Positions 27,201 through 36,347 of a stretch of DNA of 64,000 bases are shown here, one piece after another. Source of the stretch: Patescibacteria group bacterium. Lineage in GTDB: Bacteria; Patescibacteriota; Patescibacteriia; XYB2-FULL-38-15. Position 1 is the stretch's first letter. Each line of letters opens with the position of its first letter. Position numbers and translations under genes: made by a program. The notes beneath the pieces were generated by a model that had not been told where the DNA came from, made no database searches, and saw only the letters and a list, made by a program, of their open reading frames with translations. The stretch covers positions 7,891 through 71,890 of the forward strand of contig JBAZJZ010000001.1 in the NCBI GenBank assembly GCA_041650995.1, in the 5' to 3' direction.

Positions 27201-28259
27201 ATGCCAAAGGTTGCCGTAATTCTCATAAATTATAAAGACTACGCAAAAAAATATTTGCCGGAATGCATCGCGAGTCTCCGAAATCAAAGCTATCCCAAGG
27301 ATAGCTTTAAGGTTTTTATAGTTGATAACGCGACAACGGCTGAGACGGAAAAATATTTATGTGAAATCGCGCCGGAGGCGGAGATTATTTTGGAAGAAAA
27401 AAATACGGGTTTTGCCTTGGGAAATAATTTAGCGATGGAAAGGGCGCTCGCGGCGGACTATGATTACATAGTTCTTTTCAATATGGATACAGTGGCCGAT
27501 CCCGAGTGGCTCCGAGAATTAGTGGCCGCGACCGAAGCCAATAAAAATGTTGGCGCGGCGCAGTCGTTAATTCGGCTTCATCCGGAAAAAGAAAAAATTA
27601 ATTCGCTTGGCAACGAGATGCATTTTCTTTGTTTTGGTTTTTGTCGGGGTTATGGAGAACAAGTATCTAATATAAAATATCCCATATCTAATGATTTTTT
27701 TTACGCGTCGGGCGCGGCCGTTCTTTATCCCGTGAAAGTTTTGCGTGAAATAGGAATTTTTGATCCGGAATTTTTTATGTATCACGAGGATACAGATCTC
27801 TCTTGGCGCGTTAGACAAGCTGGTTATAAAATAATCCTCGCAGAAAAATCAATAATGTATCATAAATATCAGTTTTCCCGGAGTATTTTGCAATTTTATT
27901 ATATGGAACGGAATCGGCTGATTATGATATTTGAAAATTATAGGCTTGGCACTTTAATTTTGATTTTTTTGCCGTTCTTTTTTATGGAACTCGGAATGCT
28001 CGCTTATGCGGCGCTCCGCGGATTGTTTACGACGAAATTAAAAGTTTACGGATATTTTTTCCACTTCAAAAATTGGCAGAGAATGATTAAAAATAAAAGG
28101 GCAAAAGCAAAATCAAGAAAAGTTAAAGATAGAGAATTAGCGCGTTTGATTGTCGGTAAGTTAGAATTTCAGGAGATTGCCAACCCGATTTTAAAATATA
28201 TTGTTAATCCAGTTTTTAATATTTATTGGCGCGCCGTCCGAAATTTAATTTTTTGGTAA
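27201..28259 (+). CDS. glycosyltransferase family 2 with C-terminal membrane helices
   Basis: VAVILINYKDYAKKYLPECIASLRNQSYP...FIVDNATT, plus an FNMDT (DxD-like) motif. C-terminal hydrophobic segments are present (LGTLILIFLPFFFMELGMLAYAAL). Confidence 0.75.
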   Translation: MPKVAVILINYKDYAKKYLPECIASLRNQSYPKDSFKVFIVDNATTAETEKYLCEIAPEAEIILEEKNTGFALGNNLAMERALAADYDYIVLFNMDTVADPEWLRELVAATEANKNVGAAQSLIRLHPEKEKINSLGNEMHFLCFGFCRGYGEQVSNIKYPISNDFFYASGAAVLYPVKVLREIGIFDPEFFMYHEDTDLSWRVRQAGYKIILAEKSIMYHKYQFSRSILQFYYMERNRLIMIFENYRLGTLILIFLPFFFMELGMLAYAALRGLFTTKLKVYGYFFHFKNWQRMIKNKRAKAKSRKVKDRELARLIVGKLEFQEIANPILKYIVNPVFNIYWRAVRNLIFW

Positions 28260-28262
28260 ATT

Positions 28263-29474
28263 ATGAAGATAGCAATTATTTCTCCGGTTTTTCCGCCGTA
28301 TCGTGGCGGGATTGGAACGGCGGCGTACACCGAAGCGCGAGAATTGGCGCGCCGTGGCCATGACGTTTCGGTTTTTGTGCCGCGTCGACCGGGAGGCCAG
28401 GGCCATGAATTAAAAGAAAAATTTAAACTCTTTTGCCCCGGGCCGTTTTTAAGATATGGCAACGCCGCTTTTTTGCCGCAGCTTCGATGGAAATTAAAAA
28501 ACTTTGATGTGATTCATCTGCATTACCCATTTTTCGGCGGAGCAGAAGTGGTTTATAAGTTAAAAGTTAAAAGTGAAAAGTTAAAAGTTGGGACAAAATT
28601 AGTTATTACTTATCATCATGACGTCGTGGGTAGTGGCTGGCTCGGGAAAATATTTCGTTGGCATACAAAAAATTTAATGCCGAAAATTTTGGGGCGAGCG
28701 GATAAAATTATTGTTTCATCGCTTGATTACGCAAAAAATTCAAATGTCAAAGAAATTTTAGAAAAAAATCCGGAGAAATTTGTTGAAGTTCCTTTCGGTG
28801 TGGACACAGAAAAATTTGCGCCAGCTGAGGCAAAGCAAGATCTTTTTAAAAAATTTAATCTGTTTGCCACTCGGACGATTTTATTTGTCGGCGGGCTGGA
28901 CCGAGCGCATTATTTTAAGGGATTAGAAGTTTTGATTAAGGCAAGGGCAGAAGTGGCGAACGCTAAAATTTTGGTAGTGGGCGACGGTGATCTTCGGCCG
29001 CATTATGAAAAAATGGTGGAAGAATTAAATTTGAAAGACCAAGTAATTTTTGCCGGTTCGGTCACGGCAAAAGATTTACCGGATTATTATAATCTGGCCG
29101 ATGTTGTGGTTTTGCCCTCACTTGACCAGTCCGAAGCGTTTGGCATAGTTTTAATTGAAGCGGCGGCTTGCGGCAAGTCAATAATCGCTTCAAATCTTCC
29201 CGGCGTTCGGAGTGTAGTTCAATACGGCGTGAACGGGTTTACTTTCCCGCCGGGCAATGCCAAAGAGCTCGCGGAAAAAATAAATTATTTTTTAGATAAT
29301 CCCGCCGCGGCCAAAGATTTTGGCAAACACGGCCGGGAAATAGTTTTGGAAAAATATGATTTAAAAAAAGTGGGGGAGAGGTTAGAATCTGTCATTGCGA
29401 GCGCCGTAGGCGCGTGGCAATCTTATTCCAATGATAACGACGGGATTGCTTCGTCGCTACGCTCCTCGCAATGA
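28263..29474 (+). CDS. glycosyltransferase family 4
   Basis: MKIAIISPVFPPYRGGIGTAAYTEARELARRGHDV...PSLDQSEAFGIVLIEAAACGKSIIASNLPG is the GT4 EX7E region. The C-terminal 27 aa are encoded by an inserted GTCATTGCGAG palindromic repeat pair. An in-frame AAGTTAA heptad block lies at 28557-28592. Confidence 0.8.
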   Translation: MKIAIISPVFPPYRGGIGTAAYTEARELARRGHDVSVFVPRRPGGQGHELKEKFKLFCPGPFLRYGNAAFLPQLRWKLKNFDVIHLHYPFFGGAEVVYKLKVKSEKLKVGTKLVITYHHDVVGSGWLGKIFRWHTKNLMPKILGRADKIIVSSLDYAKNSNVKEILEKNPEKFVEVPFGVDTEKFAPAEAKQDLFKKFNLFATRTILFVGGLDRAHYFKGLEVLIKARAEVANAKILVVGDGDLRPHYEKMVEELNLKDQVIFAGSVTAKDLPDYYNLADVVVLPSLDQSEAFGIVLIEAAACGKSIIASNLPGVRSVVQYGVNGFTFPPGNAKELAEKINYFLDNPAAAKDFGKHGREIVLEKYDLKKVGERLESVIASAVGAWQSYSNDNDGIASSLRSSQ

Positions 29475-29475
29475 C
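29392..29475. repeat. inverted pair of GTCATTGCGAG...GCAATC palindromic repeats, spanning the 3' end of the GT4 CDS and the start of the next gene
   Basis: tGTCATTGCGAGcgccgtaggcgcgtgGCAATCt ... gATTGCttcgtcgctacgctcCTCGCAATGACc. The second copy is the reverse complement of the first family member. Confidence 0.65.
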
Positions 29476-30670
29476 CAAAAGAATGAAAATTTGTCTTATT
29501 TCCAATTTGTATCCGCCAATTTCCCGCGGGGGAGCGGAAAAAGTGGCCGAACGCGTAGCGAAAGGTTTGCGCGGCGAGGGCCACGAAGTTTTTGTTATTT
29601 CCACAAAACCGTGGGGCGGATGGAAAAGTTTAAAACCGGTTGCGGCAGAAGAGAACGGAATAAAAGTTTATCGTTTTTATCCCGCGAATATTTTTTATTA
29701 TCTTAATGATTTTAAGCACAACGCCTTGTGGCGCGCGAAATGGCATTTTTTGGACATGTTTAATTTTCAGAGCGCAAGAGCAGTAAAAAAGATTTTGCGC
29801 GCCGAAAAGCCTGATCTGGTTCTGACGCACAATTTGATGGGCATTGGCTTTTTAATTCCCCGCGCGATTCGTGGGCTCGGCATAAAACACATTCATACGC
29901 TTCATGATGTACAGCTGGCTGTGCCGAGCGGTTTGATAATTTTCGGTCAGGAAAAAAACTGGGAGCAGAGAACTTGGCTTAGAAAAATTTATGAATCCGT
30001 TTGCCGGCGGCTATTTAATTCGCCGGACGTTGTAGTCTCACCATCAAAATGGCTTCTGGATTTTTATTTAGAAAAAGGATTTTTTAGAAAATCAAAAAAA
30101 GTCGTGCTGCCAAATCCCGTGGAGCGAATTTATCCGGCTGGGATTCCCATGGACAATAGTATTTTAAAACTTCTTTATCTCGGGCAGATCGAAGAGCATA
30201 AAGGAATTTTATTTTTAGTAGAAATTTTAAAAAAGTTAGATATTGGGTTTAAACTCCATATTGCCGGCGACGGGTCAAAATTGGAAGAGCTGAAAAAAAT
30301 GGTTGGCGACGATTTACGATTTGTCGTTCACGGAAAATTGGTTGGAGAAGAAGTGATTAAAATTTTTGATTTGGTTGATTTGACTGTTGTTCCCTCGCTT
30401 TGCTACGAAAATTCGCCGAGCGTGATTTACGAAAGTTTAGCTGCCGGCGTGCCGGTCATTGCCGCAAAAATTGGGGGAGTAGCGGAATTAGTGCATGACA
30501 AAGAAAATGGTTTTGCTTTTGAAGCGGGCAATGCTGAGGATTTAGAGCGCGTTCTAAAACACGCCGCCACCAGCCGTGAAAATTTACAAAAGATGCGTCC
30601 CGCTGCCGCAAAGTCGGTGGAGAATTTTGGGATTGAAAATTATATTGGGGGACTGTTAATGAAAATTTAA
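29471..30670 (+). CDS. glycosyltransferase family 4
   Basis: MKICLISNLYPPISRGGAEKVAERVAKGLRGEGHEV...PSLCYENSPSVIYESLAAGVPVIAAKIGG. Its start overlaps the previous stop (ATGA). Confidence 0.8.
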   Translation: MTKRMKICLISNLYPPISRGGAEKVAERVAKGLRGEGHEVFVISTKPWGGWKSLKPVAAEENGIKVYRFYPANIFYYLNDFKHNALWRAKWHFLDMFNFQSARAVKKILRAEKPDLVLTHNLMGIGFLIPRAIRGLGIKHIHTLHDVQLAVPSGLIIFGQEKNWEQRTWLRKIYESVCRRLFNSPDVVVSPSKWLLDFYLEKGFFRKSKKVVLPNPVERIYPAGIPMDNSILKLLYLGQIEEHKGILFLVEILKKLDIGFKLHIAGDGSKLEELKKMVGDDLRFVVHGKLVGEEVIKIFDLVDLTVVPSLCYENSPSVIYESLAAGVPVIAAKIGGVAELVHDKENGFAFEAGNAEDLERVLKHAATSRENLQKMRPAAAKSVENFGIENYIGGLLMKI

Positions 30671-30699
30671 ATGACCAGCGTGTGGGCGTTAGACATAAA

Positions 30700-30732
30700 C
30701 AAATCGACATCTCATTAAGATGTCGATTTTGG
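30700..30732. terminator. bidirectional hairpin terminator between convergent genes
   Basis: AAATCGACATCTcattaaGATGTCGATTTT. Confidence 0.6.
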
Positions 30733-30750
30733 AAAATAAGTTATGCTATT

Positions 30751-31428
30751 TTAAAATTTATTTTTTGATTTTAATATTTTAATAATTTTGGCAGTTTCGT
30801 AATAAGCCGTAGTCATAACGCGGGTCATAAATTTTACGGCGGGAATAAAATCGTTCGAATCGGACGCGTTTAGACAATCCAGATATTGACATCGATTATC
30901 TTTAATGATGAAATTTATTAAAATAGGAAATGACTTCTCAGATAAATCCTCGGATCTTAAAATTAGGCACATTAATAAACGAGCAGTTCGTCCATTGCCG
31001 TCAGTGAATGGATGTATGGCGACAAACTGATGGTGGATATACCACGCCATAAACACCTTACGAAGAATTTCATACTGTTTGTCCGTGAATGTATTTTTTT
31101 CTATTTTGTTTAAGAAAAGTAGCTTAAACTTATTTTTCCATAGGCGTTTGTTGTTAATAAAATCAATTAGATCTAGAATTTTGTATTCTATTTGCCATGC
31201 CTCACAGGGCGAGAAAGTTTTTTTATGAATTTCTATTTTATCCGTGGCTGTTCTGTATCTTCCTGCTTCTTTTGGCTTGTCGGCTAATACTTCTTTATGC
31301 AGCATAAGAAAAAAGCTCTTTGGTATAAAGAGTTTTTTTCTTTTTGCTTGTTTAAAGTAAGAAAGAGCCACGGCCGTCGCCTCGGTTAGATTTTCTGTTT
31401 CTATTTTTAGGTTGGCATTCTTTCTCAT
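30751..31428 (-). CDS. Fic/DOC family protein (canonical AMPylation motif)
   Basis: It has the Fic core motif HPFTDGNGRTARLL (HxFx[DE]GNGRxxR). It is 225 aa. No intramolecular [ST]xxxE[GN] inhibitory motif was found. Confidence 0.85.
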   Translation of the reverse strand: MRKNANLKIETENLTEATAVALSYFKQAKRKKLFIPKSFFLMLHKEVLADKPKEAGRYRTATDKIEIHKKTFSPCEAWQIEYKILDLIDFINNKRLWKNKFKLLFLNKIEKNTFTDKQYEILRKVFMAWYIHHQFVAIHPFTDGNGRTARLLMCLILRSEDLSEKSFPILINFIIKDNRCQYLDCLNASDSNDFIPAVKFMTRVMTTAYYETAKIIKILKSKNKF

Positions 31429-31435
31429 ACCCGTT

Positions 31436-31636
31436 TTAACATTGCTGGTGTTCTATTTCCACAGAGCTGCGATTTTCCAATTCTAAAAGATGGTCTGAAA
31501 TTTTTTCGCGGATTGATTTTTCTAAAATTTCAAGTTGCTTAAAGGATTTTTGATATTCCCTGTGGGCTTTTTGAAATTTGTTGAGATTTTCTTTATTTAT
31601 TTTTGATGCCATAATTATATTGTATAGCGTAAACAA
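31436..31636 (-). CDS. small coiled-coil protein immediately upstream of fic (candidate Fic partner/antitoxin)
   Basis: It is 66 aa and lies 7 nt upstream in the same orientation. It contains SVEIEH, which has the S-x-x-x-E spacing but not the [GN] residue of the canonical Fic inhibitory motif. The antitoxin role is inference only. Confidence 0.3.
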   Translation of the reverse strand: MFTLYNIIMASKINKENLNKFQKAHREYQKSFKQLEILEKSIREKISDHLLELENRSSVEIEHQQC

Positions 31637-31782
31637 TGTATTCGTATTTAAATATATTATACCATAAGTTTTAAATATTTACAATTAATATTAAAATTTA
31701 AATTTTTTTACAAAAAAGCCACCGGTTGAAAGGTGGTGGGTAGCCGTCGGGATTCCCGGCGGTTTTTTTGTTTTAATTTTAT

Positions 31783-33915
31783 TTAAAACTGATATTTGAA
31801 CATCCAAATTTTTCCGTTGCCGATTTCCAGAGTTTCGTCGGCAGTGGGGCGGGCGGCCTCCATGATTTTGTCCGAATCGGTCCAATATTTGTTTAAGACA
31901 AAATAAACAAGTTTTACGCCGGTTAAGTTTGCCGCTTCTTTCGCCGTGGCGCGTGTCGGCGCTTCGTAGACCATTTTTAAATAATATTGGTAAAGCGGAT
32001 CGCCGGTTGGGATCGGATAATAAAAATACGGTCCGTAGTATTTGTCAAATCCAAATTCTTTGACGGCCGCGGCGGAAACGCTTTGATTGGCAAGAACTAC
32101 ATAATCTTCCGCGCCGGCATCGTCGGCAATTGCGCGAACAGCATTTAAATCAAAAAGTGAAACAGAATATCCGCGGTCAATTGGATAGTCTTCGCCGTCG
32201 TCCTTGGGGTAAGAATAATAAAGAGAAAAGGTTAAAAACGCGGCAAAAATTAAAATGAAAAATAATTTTAATCCTTTACTCTTGCCCCCCATTAATTTTT
32301 CAAAAAATTTAAAAAGGGCGAAAAGGAAGAGGGGAATCAGAAAATAAAAACTGATTTCTAAAATACGGCTAGGAAAAATTCCTTGCTCATATTTTATAAG
32401 AGAAGGAAAGTCGGCAAAAAGTTTTATTAAAATGTAGTTTACAATTAAACAAAAAAAAGCAGTGATATAAACTAAAACAGCAGGCAAGTGTTTTCGGAGG
32501 ATAAAATATCCGGCAAAACCGACGAGTAGAAGAATAAAAGGGATATTTTGTCCATAAGTATAAGCTAGGTCGTAGAGCGGCCGGAAGTGATCAACTAAAA
32601 GCGGCGCGGACCAGCCGAGAGCAGAGAGAAAATTATTTGCCCCTTCAATGGTTTTTAAGGAAATTATTGCCGCTGGGCCTTTAAAAAATAGAATTGCCGC
32701 AAGAAAAACCAGTGGGATAGCTATGGCTCCGAGAAGCGTGCTCATAATAAAAACAACGTGGCGGATAAATTCAAAAATGCCTTGTTGTTTTTTGAAAAAA
32801 GTAAAAATGGTAAGAAGAAACAAAAATATGAGAGCGGGGAGGCCAGCGAGAGGATGGATTAGAAGTGTGGTAAAACCCAAAAACCAAAGGGCGGAAATCG
32901 GGAATTCGCGGCGCAAGGCAAGAATACCGAAGAAAACTATAACGAGAAGAAAAAAGTTGGCGAGGCCTTGCGGGGTTGTGGCGATAAAAGCCGTGAAGGG
33001 TAAAAGAAAAATAAGGAGCGCGGCCAAACTCGCGCCAGGAGTTTTATTTCGGTCGGTGTAAGAGCGGAGAGAAAAATAAATTGTGGCGGGGAGAAAAATA
33101 GAAATTAAAGTTGGGAGAAGAAGGCGGTCTACCCAAATAACCGATGTATGAAAAATTTTCGCCAAAAAAACGACAAGCGAGTATTGGCCAAGATAATAAA
33201 GAGGTTTTGGTAAAATAAAACCTTGCGCCAAGATAATTTTTTCCGTAGTTTGATGAATGAAAGGATCAAAACCATAACCGATGCGATAGACAAAAAGGGC
33301 GAGCGCCACGGTCAAAAAGGTATGAACGGAAATTAAAATTAAATTTAAACCTTCTTTTTGACTTTTTAAAACAAAATAAAGAAGAACGGCTGTGGCGAAA
33401 AAATAATTTATAAAAAATTCAAATGGCAGAATTTTCCAGGGAGTGCGGATTGCTTCAACTGTCCCGGCAGTCAAGAGATGGCGGACATTTAAAATTGTTA
33501 AAAAAATAAACGCCGCCAAAAGGAGCGTCGTGCGCAAAATGTGGGGATTAATCTGAACGGGATTAAAATGTTTTTCCGATTCAGGATGATTGCCGAAACG
33601 TAAGAATGGGAGAATTACGAATGGCGGAAAAAGCACAAGTCCGGCGAGGGCCAAAGTATTTAGTTTATAAAAAAAGTAAATTATAGCGCCGAAAAGGGAA
33701 AGGCCGGCGAGAAAAAATAAAAGTCCGTAGAGAAATTTAAAAAGATCGGGTCGTCCGCGGAAAAGGACAAAACCCAGTAAAAATCCGTAAAAAATGAGGT
33801 AGGCCGGGCCGAAAGTCAGGCCTAAAATAGCATTTTCCCAAAGGAAAAAATTGCCGAGCAGGCCGACTATTAAAATCAAAGAAATGATGATACAATAAGG
33901 TAATCTGAGGGTCAT
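31783..33915 (-). CDS. large polytopic membrane protein (710 aa, >=14 TM) with a C-terminal soluble domain; putative GT-C-type glycosyltransferase
   Basis: It has many hydrophobic helices and a ~170-aa C-terminal soluble domain. It is adjacent and divergent to a second GT-C/PMT-like membrane protein and sits within the glycosyltransferase cluster. Assignment is by architecture only. Confidence 0.4.
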   Translation of the reverse strand: MTLRLPYCIIISLILIVGLLGNFFLWENAILGLTFGPAYLIFYGFLLGFVLFRGRPDLFKFLYGLLFFLAGLSLFGAIIYFFYKLNTLALAGLVLFPPFVILPFLRFGNHPESEKHFNPVQINPHILRTTLLLAAFIFLTILNVRHLLTAGTVEAIRTPWKILPFEFFINYFFATAVLLYFVLKSQKEGLNLILISVHTFLTVALALFVYRIGYGFDPFIHQTTEKIILAQGFILPKPLYYLGQYSLVVFLAKIFHTSVIWVDRLLLPTLISIFLPATIYFSLRSYTDRNKTPGASLAALLIFLLPFTAFIATTPQGLANFFLLVIVFFGILALRREFPISALWFLGFTTLLIHPLAGLPALIFLFLLTIFTFFKKQQGIFEFIRHVVFIMSTLLGAIAIPLVFLAAILFFKGPAAIISLKTIEGANNFLSALGWSAPLLVDHFRPLYDLAYTYGQNIPFILLLVGFAGYFILRKHLPAVLVYITAFFCLIVNYILIKLFADFPSLIKYEQGIFPSRILEISFYFLIPLFLFALFKFFEKLMGGKSKGLKLFFILIFAAFLTFSLYYSYPKDDGEDYPIDRGYSVSLFDLNAVRAIADDAGAEDYVVLANQSVSAAAVKEFGFDKYYGPYFYYPIPTGDPLYQYYLKMVYEAPTRATAKEAANLTGVKLVYFVLNKYWTDSDKIMEAARPTADETLEIGNGKIWMFKYQF

Positions 33916-33923
33916 ATTTATTT

Positions 33924-35552
33924 ATGTATTCTATCATAAAATGGATAAAGGGAAATAGGGCGGAAACGGCGTTGATTTTTTTTGCCGTTATTTTTTTCTT
34001 TATTTATTCATGGTTTTATTTGGGAACAGCGGTCGAAACGGCAAAATTTAATTCGCCGGACGAGGCGGCTAATTATTTTTTTATAAAAAATTACGTTTCA
34101 GAGGGGTCGCTTAAAATTTTTGAGCCGTTGAACCTTACAACTGGAGGAATTATCCATCCGCGGAGCATTACGACAGTAGGCGGATATCTTGTGCCAGGGA
34201 GTTTTTTGGGGTTAATTTTGATTTATGGATGGCTGGCGAAGATTTTTACGCTGGGCGTAATTTGGTGGCTTACGCCGTTTTTTGCCCTTGCGGCAGTTTT
34301 GTTTTTTTATGGAATTATAAAAAATATTTTTGATCGGCGGATTGCTCTTTGGTCATCCTTTTTGCTTTTGGTCCATCCGGCTTTTTGGTATTATGCGAGC
34401 CGAGGTCTTTTTCCAAATATTTTATTTATTTCGCTTTTGCTTGCGGGATTTTATTTTTTAGTGGGACATAAGAAATCAAAAGCGTGGGTATTAAATTATC
34501 TAGATTATATTTTGGCTGGTTTATTTTTTGGGTTAGCGCTGACCGTGCGGTTGTCGGAAATAATTTGGGTTGGCGCCGCGCTTCTTTTACTATTTTTAAT
34601 TTATAGAAAAAATGTAAAATGGTTCGAATTGATTATTTTTATTTTCTCCGCTGGCGTAGCTTTTGTTCCAGTATTTCTTTATAACAGGACGATTTACGGC
34701 GACCCGCTTACCACCGCCTATAATTTGGGTGGGGAGAGCGCCGCAGCGGGCGAGGTGGCGTGGCATGTTTCAGCAGGAAAATTTATTTTTCCCTTTGGCC
34801 TTGAAATAAAAAATGTTTTGAATAATTTTTCCACATATTTTGTTGGGATGTTTTGGTGGTTTGTAGTTCCTGCGACTTTTGGCACCGTAGTTTTTATAAA
34901 AAAATTGATTGCTGGTAAATTAGATAAGAAAATTATAACTTATTTATCCATCGGCGGATTTATTTCTTTGTTTTTATTTTTGTATTATGGCAGTTGGGTT
35001 TTTTATGACAATCCGGCCAAAGAAGCGTCAATCGGAACTTCTTACGTGCGTTATTGGCTGCCGATTTATATTTTGTCATTGCCGCTCGTCGCGTTTACTC
35101 TCATAAAATTAGTTGATTTTATTCGTCCCCTAAAAGAAAAGATTTTCGCCGGCGTTCTTTGTTTAATTTTTATTCTCTTCGGGATGAAACTTACTTTTTT
35201 TGATAAAAATGACGGTTTGGCTTATGTTTATAAAAACGTGCATGATTACGCCATGATTGCCAAAGAAGTTAATTTACTCGTTCCATCCGAGGCAGTGATT
35301 ATTGTTGACCGCGGTGATAAAATATTTTTTCCCGAGCACAGGGTTGTCTCGCCGTTTCGTGAAGAAAGTACTTATGCGGCAATCCCAAAACTTGCGAAAA
35401 CTTTACCGCTTTATTATTACGGCCTGCCGCTCACCGAAAAAGAAATGGATTATCTTTATGATGACGGGAGGATTAATGGGGAAGAGATAAAAATAATTGA
35501 AATAAAAAATTTTGGAGCGGAGACGCTTTATCAATTGGAATATTTAAAATAG
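33924..35552 (+). CDS. polytopic membrane protein (542 aa), ArnT/PMT-like GT-C glycosyltransferase (GT39/GT83-like)
   Basis: It has an N-terminal TM helix, then an extracytoplasmic loop (KFNSPDEAANYFFIKNY) resembling the first periplasmic loop of PMT/ArnT-family enzymes. There are more than 10 TM helices. Confidence 0.45.
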   Translation: MYSIIKWIKGNRAETALIFFAVIFFFIYSWFYLGTAVETAKFNSPDEAANYFFIKNYVSEGSLKIFEPLNLTTGGIIHPRSITTVGGYLVPGSFLGLILIYGWLAKIFTLGVIWWLTPFFALAAVLFFYGIIKNIFDRRIALWSSFLLLVHPAFWYYASRGLFPNILFISLLLAGFYFLVGHKKSKAWVLNYLDYILAGLFFGLALTVRLSEIIWVGAALLLLFLIYRKNVKWFELIIFIFSAGVAFVPVFLYNRTIYGDPLTTAYNLGGESAAAGEVAWHVSAGKFIFPFGLEIKNVLNNFSTYFVGMFWWFVVPATFGTVVFIKKLIAGKLDKKIITYLSIGGFISLFLFLYYGSWVFYDNPAKEASIGTSYVRYWLPIYILSLPLVAFTLIKLVDFIRPLKEKIFAGVLCLIFILFGMKLTFFDKNDGLAYVYKNVHDYAMIAKEVNLLVPSEAVIIVDRGDKIFFPEHRVVSPFREESTYAAIPKLAKTLPLYYYGLPLTEKEMDYLYDDGRINGEEIKIIEIKNFGAETLYQLEYLK

Positions 35553-35555
35553 AAT

Positions 35556-36149
35556 ATGCTTTCTTTTTGGCATAAATTTATCCGTACAATTTTAATTTTT
35601 ATTCCCATGATCGCTTTGGGCTGGCTTTCCGTAAAAGCAATCGCGCCTAGCGGTAGGATGGAAGCAGTTTATGATATGCGGAGCGAAACGCCCTTTATTT
35701 CCAAACTTTATCCAAAAGATAGAGTTTCCGAAATAGAAGAAGATATTGACGGTGAAACTTATCGGACAATGCTTTCCGAGCCGGTTTATTTTGATTTGAG
35801 TCCGAATAGCAATTTTTCCGAGGTGGCCGTGACTATAAAATATAAAAATTCAGCCGATGTGCCAATAAAATTTGGTGGTCTCGCGAATAAAGATGCCTGG
35901 ACATTTGATTTTCGCGAATTACCGCCGACCGAGGGAGCTTTGCAAACAAAAACAGAAATTTTTGAGTTGGGAAAACTTTCCCCGGAAGGAAAAAAGTTTA
36001 GATTTGGTTTTTCCGCGCCGGAACTTCAAGCGGGCGATATTATGATTTATAAAATTAGGGCACTTTTTATCCGCAAACCGATGACCGAAAAAGAAATAGC
36101 CAATAAAGTTCTGGAAGAAATAATCGAGCGGTTAAACAAAATTTTATGA
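35556..36149 (+). CDS. hypothetical protein with an N-terminal TM anchor
   Basis: 197 aa, co-directional and 3 nt downstream of the GT-C gene. Confidence 0.35.
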   Translation: MLSFWHKFIRTILIFIPMIALGWLSVKAIAPSGRMEAVYDMRSETPFISKLYPKDRVSEIEEDIDGETYRTMLSEPVYFDLSPNSNFSEVAVTIKYKNSADVPIKFGGLANKDAWTFDFRELPPTEGALQTKTEIFELGKLSPEGKKFRFGFSAPELQAGDIMIYKIRALFIRKPMTEKEIANKVLEEIIERLNKIL

Positions 36150-36343
36150 CAATAAAAGAATTTTTTTACAAAATTTTTAGAGATGCGTTTGTGGTTTCCT
36201 TTATTGCCCTTATTGTTTTTTGTATTTTGGATTGGATTGAACCTGGGTTTGTGAGTTTTTATATTAGTTTTAATTTACTCTTGATAATCCCGCTAGTTTC
36301 TGGTATTCTGACGGTAATATTGGATAAAAAAATCAAGACATAA
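36146..36343 (+). CDS. small hydrophobic membrane protein (65 aa)
   Basis: Two TM helices. Its start overlaps the previous stop. Confidence 0.3.
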   Translation: MTIKEFFYKIFRDAFVVSFIALIVFCILDWIEPGFVSFYISFNLLLIIPLVSGILTVILDKKIKT

Positions 36344-36347
36344 AATT

